Shown: piece by piece, positions 17,515-26,799 of the stretch
How the letters are laid out: the number at the start of each line of letters is the position of its first letter
Position numbering within the stretch: the stretch's first letter is position 1
Assembly: GCA_041739675.1 (NCBI GenBank)
Contig: JBGSNL010000062.1
Span: 1-41,383, forward strand
Direction: 5' to 3'
DNA length: 41,383 nucleotides
Origin: a bacterium
GTDB taxonomy: Bacteria; UBA10199; 2-02-FULL-44-16; DYJF01
Made by a program: the position numbers and the translations under genes
The notes under the pieces: generated by a model
The model's database searches: none
The model's input: the letters and a program-made list of their open reading frames with translations, nothing else
Told to the model about the DNA's origin: nothing

Positions 17515-18768
17515 TTACGCGGCGCTCCTCGCATGATTTTTTATGCGTATATACAAAATCAAGGCGGCGACGAGACAGATCGCCCCGCTCGCCGCAACAG
17601 TTATCGGAGCCCCTATCGCCTCGGCGACGGCTCCGCCGGCAATGGAGCCGATCGGCGACAAACCGAAAAATGTAACGGTGAACATGGACATCATTCTTCC
17701 GCGCAGCTGATTTGGAACCTCATGCTGGAGGAAAGTGTTAGCCGCTGAAAAAAGTATTGTCAGGAAAAAAGCGGCAACGGTGAGGATTGCTATCGCAACG
17801 TAGACGCTCTTGATCCACGCAAACGCAATGATACAGACTGAAAAGACAATCGCTGCGCGATTTATAAGATCGAAAAGGCCGTCGGGACCGTGACGTCTGG
17901 CAAGATAGAGCGCGCCTATCATTGCGCCAAGACCGGATGCCGACATGAGCCAGCCTAAAGAGAGCGCCGTGCCGCCATAGATTTTTCCGACAAAGAGCGG
18001 AAGAAGAGAAATGTAGAGCATGCCGATTCCGCTTATGATCATAACCGTGACAAGCGCCGCCCTCACTTGGGGCCTCACCCACATGTAGCTTAAGCCCTCC
18101 CTGATCGCCTGTATGATTGTCGCGCCGTTTTGATCCTGTTTTGCAAGTTGCGCACGGTCCAAAATGACAAGCGCGACGATCAGGAAAATAAAGCTCACGG
18201 CATTGACCGCAAAGCATGCGGCCTCTCCCCAAATTCCTATGACGAAGCCGGCTATCACGGGCCCCACGATCCTCGTCGAGTGGATCATCGCGGAGTTCAA
18301 CGCCACCGCGTTTAGAAGATGCTCGCGTCCCACCATATCCATCACAAACGCTTGCCGGAGCGGAAATTCAAAGGCATAGACAACGCCCAGCATGAGCGAT
18401 AGCGCGATGATATGCCAAAGCTCAACGATCCCCAAATATGCAAGGACCGACAGGATTATCGCCTGCAACATGCACAGGGTCTGGGAAAGGATCAAAAGCG
18501 GAAGTCTGGGATACCTATCGGCGACAAAACCGCCGACAAGTCCCAAAAAGAGCACCGGAATCTGTGTCGCAAAGCCCACAAAGCCCAACCACCACGCCGA
18601 TCCGGTAAGTCTCCAGACGAGCCATGAAAGGGCTATCGCCTGCGACCATGTCCCCAAAAGGGACAGTGACTGGCCGATGAAAAAGAGGCGGAAATTTTTG
18701 ACACCGAGCGTTCTAAAAGCGTAGCGCCATGTGCGCGGCGCCGGAGTCGGAACAGCAGGCATTTCCAT
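17515..18768 (-). CDS. MFS transporter (MFS_3/DHA3-like)
   Basis: About 12 hydrophobic segments; NFRLFFIGQSLSLLGTW, GGFVADRYPR, AVALNSAM and VPNQLRGRMMS. Confidence 0.9.
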   Translation of the reverse strand: MEMPAVPTPAPRTWRYAFRTLGVKNFRLFFIGQSLSLLGTWSQAIALSWLVWRLTGSAWWLGFVGFATQIPVLFLGLVGGFVADRYPRLPLLILSQTLCMLQAIILSVLAYLGIVELWHIIALSLMLGVVYAFEFPLRQAFVMDMVGREHLLNAVALNSAMIHSTRIVGPVIAGFVIGIWGEAACFAVNAVSFIFLIVALVILDRAQLAKQDQNGATIIQAIREGLSYMWVRPQVRAALVTVMIISGIGMLYISLLPLFVGKIYGGTALSLGWLMSASGLGAMIGALYLARRHGPDGLFDLINRAAIVFSVCIIAFAWIKSVYVAIAILTVAAFFLTILFSAANTFLQHEVPNQLRGRMMSMFTVTFFGLSPIGSIAGGAVAEAIGAPITVAASGAICLVAALILYIRIKNHARSAA

Positions 18769-18966
18769 ATTTCCATTGGTAGCAGGAAGTTTCGAAAATG
18801 ACAATGGGCCGAACAATGCGAAATTTTCATTGCCAAAAAAATGCCGCAGTCGGTTTTTTGACTCGTAAGATAACCCGCGTGAGCATTTAATACCGGCGAA
18901 ACATATTAATCCCTTTTAATATCAGCGCATTACATCGTGCAGTTGAGCTCAAAAACCTTCGAGTTG

Positions 18967-18982
18967 TGGCATGTCTTTTGCT
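18967..18982 (+). promoter_or_regulatory. Sigma-54 promoter of 19016..19513
   Basis: TGGCAT-GTCTT-TTGCT; IHF-like TATCAG-CGCA-TTA at 18920-18932. Confidence 0.7.
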
Positions 18983-19015
18983 CCTCATTAATATGGTTGT
19001 AAGGGGGGATCATTT

Positions 19016-19513
19016 ATGAAACATCGCAGGTCGCACGCCTCGTTTATTGAGAATCTCAGGCGGAAAGTCAGGTCGCTCAAAAAACTCAAGCCCAATGATG
19101 TATATGTCTTCACGGTCAACGCCAACTACGGCCATTACCAGATAACGATAGGCCCGATGAATAGCCACCACGAGAGGAATCTCGAAATTGAAGGGGAGAT
19201 ACATCACCTTTTCGTTTCGCCCCATTTGATCACGCCCAACCCCACAAAAGAGCAGGTGGGCAGCAATTTGAAAGATATGGTCATCATGCGCGATCTTGAG
19301 ATCCATCTTGTGGACCCGGCCGGCGACGGCAAGCACCTTGCCTCCAGGGGATCGGATGCGCATCCGCGCGAGTGCATAAATCTTGCGGGGAAAAACGGTG
19401 AGTTGCTCATGCGGCACGTGGAATCAAGCGGGCGTCTGCCCAAGGCGGCATATCGGATCATTCAGCGGGATATATTGCATTCGTTGAAGCAGGAGGAGAC
19501 GACGTCCGATTAA
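19016..19513 (+). CDS. Hypothetical His-rich protein, 165 aa
   Basis: AAGGGGGA RBS; fills the gap between the MFS gene and aspS. No family recognised. Confidence 0.75.
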   Translation: MKHRRSHASFIENLRRKVRSLKKLKPNDVYVFTVNANYGHYQITIGPMNSHHERNLEIEGEIHHLFVSPHLITPNPTKEQVGSNLKDMVIMRDLEIHLVDPAGDGKHLASRGSDAHPRECINLAGKNGELLMRHVESSGRLPKAAYRIIQRDILHSLKQEETTSD

Positions 19514-19525
19514 AAAGACTTCAGA

Positions 19526-21286
19526 TCATTTAATCACTTTAAGCTTCAACTCGGCCAGTTGATTTTCCGACACATCGGAGGGGGCTCCGCTCATGAGATC
19601 CGATGCGGAAGTAGTCTTCGGGAAGGCGATGACATCTCTTATCGATTCGGAGCCGCAAAGCATCATCACGAGTCTGTCAAACCCAAGTGCAATCCCGCCG
19701 TGAGGCGGCGCACCGAATTCAAGAGCCTCCAGCAGGAAACCGAATTTCGCCACCGCCTCTTCTTCGCCTATCCCCAACACCTTGAAGACGCGCGACTGGA
19801 GGTCGCGGCGATGGATACGGATTGAACCGCCGCCGATCTCGGAGCCGTTCAATACTATATCGTAGGCGAGCGCACGGACCTTTTCAGGGTGGCTCTCAAG
19901 TGCATCCGCATCGTCCGGGTTGGGAGAGGTGAAGGGATGATGACACGCGACGTATCTTTTCTCCTCCGGGCTCCATTCAAGCATCGGGAAATCGGTGACC
20001 CATATGAAATCAAAATGCTCGTTGTCCACCAAGCCCAACCGTTCGCCCAGATGAACGCGCAAATTACCCAAGGCGTCGTCGACGATCTTGGGCTTGTCCG
20101 CCACGATGAACACCGTGTCGCCTTCCTTGAGATTCATCGCCCGCGTCAGGTTTTGCTTTTCGTCTTCCGTTAAGAATTTGGCGATCGGGGACTGCCATTT
20201 GTCCTTTTGAACCTTTATCCAGGCAAGCCCCTCGGCACCGTATCCCTTCACGAACTCCGAAAGTTCATCTATCACTTTTCTTGATATCTCTTTGCCCGAA
20301 ACCGCGAACCCCTTGATGCGGTCCCCTCTTGCAACACAGTCCGTAAAGATTTTGAAGGCTGAATTTTTAAAGATGTCCGTCACCGTCACGAGCTTGAAGG
20401 GGATTCTGCGGTCCGGCCTGTCGGTTCCGTAGTGCTCTTTCGACTCCGCATACGTGATGCGTTCAAAGGGCACTTTGATATCCTTTCCCACGACCTCTTT
20501 GAAAATTTTTTGAAGCATCCCTTCAATGAGCTTGTAGATGAATTCCCTGTCGATGAATGAAGCCTCGATATCGATCTGTGTGAATTCCGGCTGACGATCG
20601 GCGCGAAGATCCTCGTCACGATAACACTTCGCGATCTGAAAATAGCGGTCGCATCCGGAAACCATCAAGAGCTGTTTGAAGAGCTGCGGAGACTGGGGAA
20701 GCGCAAAAAACTTTCCGGGAGAAACGCGCGAAGGCACAAGGTAATCGCGCGCGCCCTCCGGCGTGCTCTTTGTGAGCACCGGCGTTTCCACCTCCAGAAA
20801 CCCCTCATCGCTCAGATGGCGGCGGACGACCTGCGCGGCATGGTGTCTTATCCAGAGACTTTTCTGCAATTTGGGGCGGCGTAGATCGAGATAACGGTAT
20901 TTCAAACGGACGTCTTCCGATGCATCCACGTCATCTTCGATAAGAAAGGGCGGCGTCTTTGCTGTGTTCAATATTTCGAGCTTATCGACGTTCACTTCGA
21001 TCTCGCCCGTCTTCATCGATTTATTGATCTGCCCTTCCGGCCTTTTTGAAACGACTCCCCCGACGGCGACCACATATTCAAAGCGTAGACCTGAAGCGGC
21101 CTCGCAGACTTCTTTTGCCGCACCCTGCGGATTGACAACCACCTGTGTGATGCCGAAACGGTCGCGAAGACCCAGGAAGATAAGGCCGCCAAGGTCGCGG
21201 CGCGATCCCACCCAGCCGGTCAACACAACGCGCGCCCCGTCATTTTTGGCGGTCAGTTCGCCGCATGTATGAGTTCGTTTGAAAAT
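19526..21286 (-). CDS. aspS: Aspartate--tRNA ligase; apparent start is ATT at 21286
   Basis: FKRTHTCGEL N-terminus in frame upstream of the called ORF; RLKYRYLDLRR, LPQSPQLFKQ, RDEDLRADRQPEFTQID and GAPPHGGIALGFDR. Confidence 0.95.
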   Translation of the reverse strand: MFKRTHTCGELTAKNDGARVVLTGWVGSRRDLGGLIFLGLRDRFGITQVVVNPQGAAKEVCEAASGLRFEYVVAVGGVVSKRPEGQINKSMKTGEIEVNVDKLEILNTAKTPPFLIEDDVDASEDVRLKYRYLDLRRPKLQKSLWIRHHAAQVVRRHLSDEGFLEVETPVLTKSTPEGARDYLVPSRVSPGKFFALPQSPQLFKQLLMVSGCDRYFQIAKCYRDEDLRADRQPEFTQIDIEASFIDREFIYKLIEGMLQKIFKEVVGKDIKVPFERITYAESKEHYGTDRPDRRIPFKLVTVTDIFKNSAFKIFTDCVARGDRIKGFAVSGKEISRKVIDELSEFVKGYGAEGLAWIKVQKDKWQSPIAKFLTEDEKQNLTRAMNLKEGDTVFIVADKPKIVDDALGNLRVHLGERLGLVDNEHFDFIWVTDFPMLEWSPEEKRYVACHHPFTSPNPDDADALESHPEKVRALAYDIVLNGSEIGGGSIRIHRRDLQSRVFKVLGIGEEEAVAKFGFLLEALEFGAPPHGGIALGFDRLVMMLCGSESIRDVIAFPKTTSASDLMSGAPSDVSENQLAELKLKVIK

Positions 21287-21287
21287 A

Positions 21288-22562
21288 TCACCCTCCGATT
21301 TGCACGAAGTGCATAGGCAATTCAGCCAACTTCACCTCATGCTGCGTCTTTGCGCGCATGTCGCGCACAATTGCATGTCCTTTTGCAAGTTCATCTTCGC
21401 CAACTATTACCACCGATTCGGCGTTCAGTCTGTCGGCGCGGCGCATCTGCGCCTTGAGCGATTTTGCTCCGAAATCCCACTCAACCCTGACGCCGTCTTT
21501 TCGCAAAGTCTGGATGGTCGCCAGAATTTTTTCCGCGGCGTTTTCTCCCAGCACGGCAAAGTAAACAAGATCTTGTTTGCGCACAGGTTTGCCGTGGTGA
21601 GCCTCCATCAACAAGACCAGCCTCTCCATGCCGATTGCGAAACCCACGCCCGGCGTGTCCGGTCCGCCCAGATCACGCACGAGGCCGTCATAGCGGCCGC
21701 CCGCGGCCACGGCGTTCTGGCTGCCGAGTTTCGTGGTCGTGAATTCAAATGCCGTCCGGAGATAATAATCGAGGCCGCGCACTATTCTCTCATTGACGAC
21801 ATAGTCGACGCCTGCGTTTTTGAGCCCATGCTTCACTCCGTTGAAATGGGTCTTGCACGTATCGCACCAGAAATGGCCGATCGTCGGAGCGTCTTTGAGT
21901 TCCCGGCTGCACGCCTCATTTTTGCAATCCAAAACGCGAAGCGGGTTTCGCTCGATCCTTTTTATGCAATCGTCGCAGAGTTTGGAGGTTCTGGCCTTGA
22001 GATATTTCACAAGTTCATCATTATAAGAGGGGCGGCAGTCGTTGCAGCCGATCGAGTTGATCTCAAGAGTCACTTCCCTGATTTTCAGATCGTCTAGAAG
22101 ATGAACAAACGCCGCCATCGTCTCCACATCGCCCATGGGCGAATCGACACCGAAGAGTTCAAGGCCTATCTGATGAAACTCACGCTGGCGGCCTTTCTGG
22201 GGGCGCTCGTAACGGAACATGGGGCCCATATAATAGTAGCGCGCGACCGGGTCATTCATCGCGGCGCCTGATTCGATGTACGCCCTGACAACGGAGGCCG
22301 TCCCTTCGGGGCGAAGCGATATCGGATCGCCGTTCCGGTCGGTGAAGCTGTACATCTCCTTTTCAACCACAGCCGTCGTTTCGCCGACCGAGCGCACAAA
22401 AAGATCGGTCGCTTCCACGACGGGCGTTCTCACCTCGTCATATCCGTATCTGGAAAAAACGCGGCGCGCCGCCGCCTCCAGATCGTTCCAAAGATGGCTC
22501 TCGGGCGGCATAACGTCGTACATCCCCTTGACCGCCGCTATCTTGGCCCTGGGCTTTTCCAT
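21288..22562 (-). CDS. hisS: Histidine--tRNA ligase
   Basis: LRPEGTA, FRYERPQKGRQREFHQ, VRGLDYY and GGRYDGL. Likely start MEKPRAK at 22562. Confidence 0.97.
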   Translation of the reverse strand: MEKPRAKIAAVKGMYDVMPPESHLWNDLEAAARRVFSRYGYDEVRTPVVEATDLFVRSVGETTAVVEKEMYSFTDRNGDPISLRPEGTASVVRAYIESGAAMNDPVARYYYMGPMFRYERPQKGRQREFHQIGLELFGVDSPMGDVETMAAFVHLLDDLKIREVTLEINSIGCNDCRPSYNDELVKYLKARTSKLCDDCIKRIERNPLRVLDCKNEACSRELKDAPTIGHFWCDTCKTHFNGVKHGLKNAGVDYVVNERIVRGLDYYLRTAFEFTTTKLGSQNAVAAGGRYDGLVRDLGGPDTPGVGFAIGMERLVLLMEAHHGKPVRKQDLVYFAVLGENAAEKILATIQTLRKDGVRVEWDFGAKSLKAQMRRADRLNAESVVIVGEDELAKGHAIVRDMRAKTQHEVKLAELPMHFVQIGG

Positions 22563-22657
22563 ATCGCCATTTTGTACCAGACCGAAAGCGGGAAGACAAG
22601 AGATCATGTGTGCCCAAACTGTTTGCTGGCTCTTCCTCCGGTTTTTTGTTATTCTGA

Positions 22658-23719
22658 TTGTCCTTGAAGAATTTCACGCGAAAATATGGTCTCGCCGTTT
22701 TAGCTCTGTCTCTACTATTTCTCTCTTCCTGCTCCGCCTTATTGGGTCCGTTCTGGGGCGGCGGGGGCGACGACGACGAAGAGGAGCGCAAGATAGAAGA
22801 GACCTACACGTTCTCGCTGGCCGTGGGAGGTGTGGCCCCGGGGCGCGCAGAGCTTGTCCTATTTGACGATGAAGGCCGCGCAATGGATCTTTCAAAAAGG
22901 CAAATTTACTGTCTGACGGACAAAAATATCATCCATTTCGAACCCAGGCCGGGCAACAGCACATATGCTGAAGGCAGCGGCGTCTTGATCGTTCCGACGG
23001 AAGCGGGAACGGCCAAGGTTACATGTTTTCTCGATGGCGCTCCGCTCGAGGACACCTACGCCGTTACCGTATCCCCGCAAAATCTTATCCAGATACTCAT
23101 GGCCGAGGCGGGCACGCAGCTCAAAGACGAAGCGGCCATGGACGACGATATCGTCCGTCTTGAAAGCATCAGCCCCACCGGCAACGCAATTGCCGCCGTG
23201 ATCAGGAACCGCATAAATCTGATAGAGGCCAACGACGCGCCGGCCCTTTTCTCGGTAGACGCTGCGGCATTCGAGGCCGACCCGGACGTTTCATATTACG
23301 ATTCGGTGATAATGGCGCCCGGACAATTTTCGCCCACAAATTCCGCCGACACCGGCAATGAGATTTTCACGGATGCAGCGGACAGAAATTTTATCGAGAA
23401 AGAGTGGAGGGCCGCCTACGATCAGGCGGTTTTGACTGCCGCCGGAGTTTACAATCAGAGCACGACAGATCCAACTGGAAACGCCTTTGCGTTCTTGTCG
23501 CCCACGGCCGAGCAATGGCTCGTTATAAATGAGGCCCTTGCAAGCGGAACTCTGGAACTGCCGGCGAACTGCGGCGTCACCGATGACAACTTCCCGGAGT
23601 TTGCACCGCTGCAAATTTTCGTGCTTTATGGAACGTGGACCTACGATGACTTAAGACCGGCGTTCGTTTTTGTCCGCAACAGGACGGCGGACAGACCTGC
23701 CGTCACAAATCTACCTTAG
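22658..23719 (+). CDS. Lipoprotein with Ig-like N-domain and SleB/CwlJ-like (Hydrolase_2) cell-wall hydrolase domain
   Basis: Lipobox LSSC; GTAKVTC Ig-like strand; ILMAEAG...AIAAVIRNR...SVIMAPGQFS...DPTGNAFAF matches the Hydrolase_2 pattern. Confidence 0.7.
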   Translation: MSLKNFTRKYGLAVLALSLLFLSSCSALLGPFWGGGGDDDEEERKIEETYTFSLAVGGVAPGRAELVLFDDEGRAMDLSKRQIYCLTDKNIIHFEPRPGNSTYAEGSGVLIVPTEAGTAKVTCFLDGAPLEDTYAVTVSPQNLIQILMAEAGTQLKDEAAMDDDIVRLESISPTGNAIAAVIRNRINLIEANDAPALFSVDAAAFEADPDVSYYDSVIMAPGQFSPTNSADTGNEIFTDAADRNFIEKEWRAAYDQAVLTAAGVYNQSTTDPTGNAFAFLSPTAEQWLVINEALASGTLELPANCGVTDDNFPEFAPLQIFVLYGTWTYDDLRPAFVFVRNRTADRPAVTNLP

Positions 23720-24548
23720 CCCTGAGAAGAGGATCCTTGATTCCCAGATCGGCCGCGACGTCGTCTATGACGTCTGCCGGCATGGGAAGCGGCGCCCGGC
23801 GCACGAATCCCTCGAACAGCGCATTGTCGCAAACCACGTTGATGAGACGCGGATTTCCGTTCGTGTATTCGTGCAGCTTCATCAGCGCATCTTTTGAAAA
23901 GACCTGCTTTTCGCAACCGGCGTGGAAGAGACGGAAGCGGACATAATCGGAAACGACCTCGGGGGTGAAATTCCTGAGTTGAAACCGCACGGCCATCCTC
24001 TGCGCGAGGGCGGGTTCGCTTTTCAGATTGTCGTCCAGCTCCGGCATCCCGAACATGACAAATGAGATGAGCTTCTGGCTGGGGAGCTCCAGATTCAAAA
24101 GACCCCTGATCTCTTCGAGCAGCTCTCTTTTCTTGAGCATGTGCGCTTCGTCTATAAGGATCACGCCCCTTTTTCCCTGCTCGGCCAGCGCCATGAGTTT
24201 TTCGTAGAGCGCGCCTATCACTTCCACTTTTGTGCCGGTGGGATGCTCGACGCCGAACTGCGCGGCGATTCTTCTTATGAGCCAGTCGCTGTCGACGTCG
24301 GAATGGAGCACGACGAGAAGTGAAACTTCGTACTGATCTTCGGGGAGTTTTTCGAGCAGGCGCCTTGCAAGAAGAGTCTTTCCCGTCCCGATGTCGCCCA
24401 CCAGAACCGCAAGCCCTTTCATGGCCTCAACCGCCCGCTTGAGCCTTATGTACGCCTGATCGTGCTGGTCGTTGTGATAGTAAAAATTGGTGAGCGGCAT
24501 GACCGCGAACGGTTCCTGCGTCAACCCGTAATATGCAAGATGATCCAT
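23703..24548 (-). CDS. ExeA/GspA-family AAA ATPase (ATPase domain only)
   Basis: YYGLTQEPF, GDIGTGKT, ILIDEAH, FGMPEL and GNPRLINVVCDNAL. Confidence 0.92.
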   Translation of the reverse strand: MDHLAYYGLTQEPFAVMPLTNFYYHNDQHDQAYIRLKRAVEAMKGLAVLVGDIGTGKTLLARRLLEKLPEDQYEVSLLVVLHSDVDSDWLIRRIAAQFGVEHPTGTKVEVIGALYEKLMALAEQGKRGVILIDEAHMLKKRELLEEIRGLLNLELPSQKLISFVMFGMPELDDNLKSEPALAQRMAVRFQLRNFTPEVVSDYVRFRLFHAGCEKQVFSKDALMKLHEYTNGNPRLINVVCDNALFEGFVRRAPLPMPADVIDDVAADLGIKDPLLRAKVDL

Positions 24549-24563
24549 TTATTTTCGTCCCCC

Positions 24564-26045
24564 TTAAACAAATGAAATTTTCTTTTTTTTCTCCGACTCC
24601 TTCTCGATCTCCACCTTTACTTCGACCTTCTTTTCCTCTTTTTTAGGGACCTTGACCTCGACCTGAGACTTAACCTCGACCTTGGCTTCAGCCTGTTTTC
24701 CTTTCAGCAACGTCGCTATCATGTTGAGCCGTTGTCTCGCCTTCGGCTCGTCTCTGCCCCCCTTGGCGATCATGTCCTCGTAGATGCGACGGGCTTTTTC
24801 CAACTCAAGTTTCGCCTCATCTGTCAGGCCCATCTTCCAGTACGCGTTTCCAAGATCGAAGGCCTGGTCGGCCTCCTTGATTTTTACCTCGTCGGAAACC
24901 GGCGGCGGCTGCGGTTTAAGTGCCGGAGCCGGCGCCTGCTTCGAAGGAACAGGCTCTGCCGCCTTCGTTGATTTTGCGGGCTTCGCCTTCTTTCCCTCCG
25001 CCGCCTTTTTCGCCTCTTCCTCTTTTCTCTTTACCTCTTCATCTTTTCTTCTTTTTTCCTCGTCTTTTTTCTTCTCGAGATCCGCCGTCTCTTTCCGGCG
25101 CTTTTCAACGATGGCCTTCAACTCTTCCACCGCGCCCTCACGGATCTCTTCGGCCCGCTTGAATATCTTTTCGTCCTCCCCGGGCATCAGCATTATGATT
25201 TCCGCGTAGGCATTGAGCGCCTCGTCCAGGTGCCCCTCATTTTTTTCAATGTCGGCCAGCATTAGATATTTCGACCGCGCGGTTTCAATCTGATTGAGAG
25301 ATGCGTATATGCGCGCCAACATTCCCAGAAGTTCGGGATCCACTTGCGCCAGGCTCTTGGAGTGCTCCGCCCATTTCAGAATTTTTTTCTTCTCGCCCAG
25401 CGCATCGTAGATGCGGCACAGGGCTTTTAACATTTCCTCGTCGTCGCGGTGGGCAAGGACCTTTTCATACATATCGGCAAGCTTTAGATCCTTCTTGCCC
25501 TGCGCTTCGTAGAGTTTTGCCATCGCTGCATACTGATCGACCGCCTCTTCGGCCTTTCCTTCCCTCTGGAGTATTTCGGCGAGCTTCACGCGCGAATCCT
25601 CAGACGCGGGATCGAGATCGACGATCTTTCTTCTGATCTCGAGAGCCTTCTCACCATCCCCCTTCTGATCGAGAGTCGTCGCAAGTATGCTGTACTGCCT
25701 GATCGCGTCGGCGATGAGCCCCATCCTTTCATAGAGCTCGGCTAACATCTGGTTCACGTCCACCAGCGTCGGGTTCAGGCGCAGTATGTTTTTCAGGACC
25801 GTGACCGCCTTTAGATAAAAACCTTCGCCCGAATATGCGTCCGCCACCTCGCGGTAGATGCGGATCGCTTCCGTTATCTGCTTTCTTTTTGTGTAAAGCT
25901 CGGCAACGCGTAGCTTCACGCGGAGATCGGCTGCGTCGGCGGTCAGGATCTTTTCATATTCGGCTATCGCCTTGTCGTATTTTCCCTCGTCGGCGTAGAT
26001 GCGGGCCTGCTCGAGGATTTTTTCTTTGTTGAGGATTGTCGTCAT
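24564..26045 (-). CDS. TPR protein, SgmX-like type IV pilus activator (short form)
   Basis: Multiple TPRs; NKEKIL...YDKAI.EY...GFYLKAV...LNP...DLDP N-terminus, FDLGNAYWKMGL and terminal KISFV resemble my recollection of Myxococcus SgmX. Followed by an ExeA ATPase as in that locus. Confidence 0.7.
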   Translation of the reverse strand: MTTILNKEKILEQARIYADEGKYDKAIAEYEKILTADAADLRVKLRVAELYTKRKQITEAIRIYREVADAYSGEGFYLKAVTVLKNILRLNPTLVDVNQMLAELYERMGLIADAIRQYSILATTLDQKGDGEKALEIRRKIVDLDPASEDSRVKLAEILQREGKAEEAVDQYAAMAKLYEAQGKKDLKLADMYEKVLAHRDDEEMLKALCRIYDALGEKKKILKWAEHSKSLAQVDPELLGMLARIYASLNQIETARSKYLMLADIEKNEGHLDEALNAYAEIIMLMPGEDEKIFKRAEEIREGAVEELKAIVEKRRKETADLEKKKDEEKRRKDEEVKRKEEEAKKAAEGKKAKPAKSTKAAEPVPSKQAPAPALKPQPPPVSDEVKIKEADQAFDLGNAYWKMGLTDEAKLELEKARRIYEDMIAKGGRDEPKARQRLNMIATLLKGKQAEAKVEVKSQVEVKVPKKEEKKVEVKVEIEKESEKKKKISFV

Positions 26046-26557
26046 GAATTGATTGCCGCAAGGCCCCGATGTGCATCTTCATTTTGCGGATCTTTTTCCA
26101 ATATGGAATAGTATATATCGCGCGCGCGGTCAGCATGGCCCTGCTCCGCATAGATCTGGGCCATCGTCACCGTCTGCCATTCGGAAGGCATAGTCGGCTC
26201 ATGAGCTTCGACGAGCGGCTCTTCCACCGTTGTCTTCACCGCGCGGATTTTTGCCATCAACTCTTCTGCCTGCTGGCTTTTCGGCGTAATCTGAAGCGTG
26301 AATCTCAACTCCTCTTCCGCCTCTTCATAATTTCCGCGCGCGAGATGAATCTTCGCCATCACCACATGCCCGATCGTGAGCCCGGGATGGCGCTTCAAGC
26401 CCTCCTTGCAGACCTTGAGCGCGCTGTCGATCATTCCGTAGCGGAGAAAATAATCGGCAATCGACGCAAAGACGATTGAATCGGGATTCTTCTGCCACTG
26501 GGAGTAGTAACGAAGGAACAAAGAATTGTTCAGAAGATCGGGATGCATGGCGGCCAA
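26042..26557 (-). CDS. Tetratricopeptide-repeat protein
   Basis: NPDSIVFASIADYF...GLKRHP and TVTMAQIYAEQGH...ARDIY TPR patterns; ATGA overlap with the next gene. Confidence 0.85.
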   Translation of the reverse strand: MAAMHPDLLNNSLFLRYYSQWQKNPDSIVFASIADYFLRYGMIDSALKVCKEGLKRHPGLTIGHVVMAKIHLARGNYEEAEEELRFTLQITPKSQQAEELMAKIRAVKTTVEEPLVEAHEPTMPSEWQTVTMAQIYAEQGHADRARDIYYSILEKDPQNEDAHRGLAAINS

Positions 26558-26596
26558 ATTACCTCAAAGATAGCGCAGACGCAATCCCAAAAGGGC

Positions 26597-26797
26597 TTAT
26601 GGGAAGATGCGATCCTTGTCCGTGAGCTTCAGACCCAACGCGAGGATGACTTTTCTTTTCGTGTCCATCCTGCAGGCCATGCCTTTTTCGATGCGGTCTA
26701 TGGTGAGGGCCGATAAACCCGCTTTTCTTGCAAGCTCGGCCTTGCTCATGAGCAGCTCTTCCCGAAATTGTTTGACGTTGTTCGTTTGATTTTCCAT
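26597..26797 (-). CDS. Small XRE/Cro-type helix-turn-helix regulator
   Basis: REELLMSKAELARKAGLSALTIDRIEKG. Confidence 0.9.
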   Translation of the reverse strand: MENQTNNVKQFREELLMSKAELARKAGLSALTIDRIEKGMACRMDTKRKVILALGLKLTDKDRIFP

Positions 26798-26799
26798 GG

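Noticed and set aside
18836..18849. AAAAATGCCGCAG matching part of element 3 in reverse complement
   Set aside because: Only 13 bp with an A run and no surrounding structure; could be chance.
20990..21226. Classifying AspRS as discriminating or non-discriminating
   Set aside because: Signature positions as I recall them are mixed (RRDLGG but RPEG), so this cannot be decided by eye even though gatCAB is present.
21279..22097. Long opposite-strand ORFs over hisS, gatB/mtnA (30976..32007), uvrC (33861..34523) and cysS (38542..39327)
   Set aside because: Antisense shadows of well-conserved genes.
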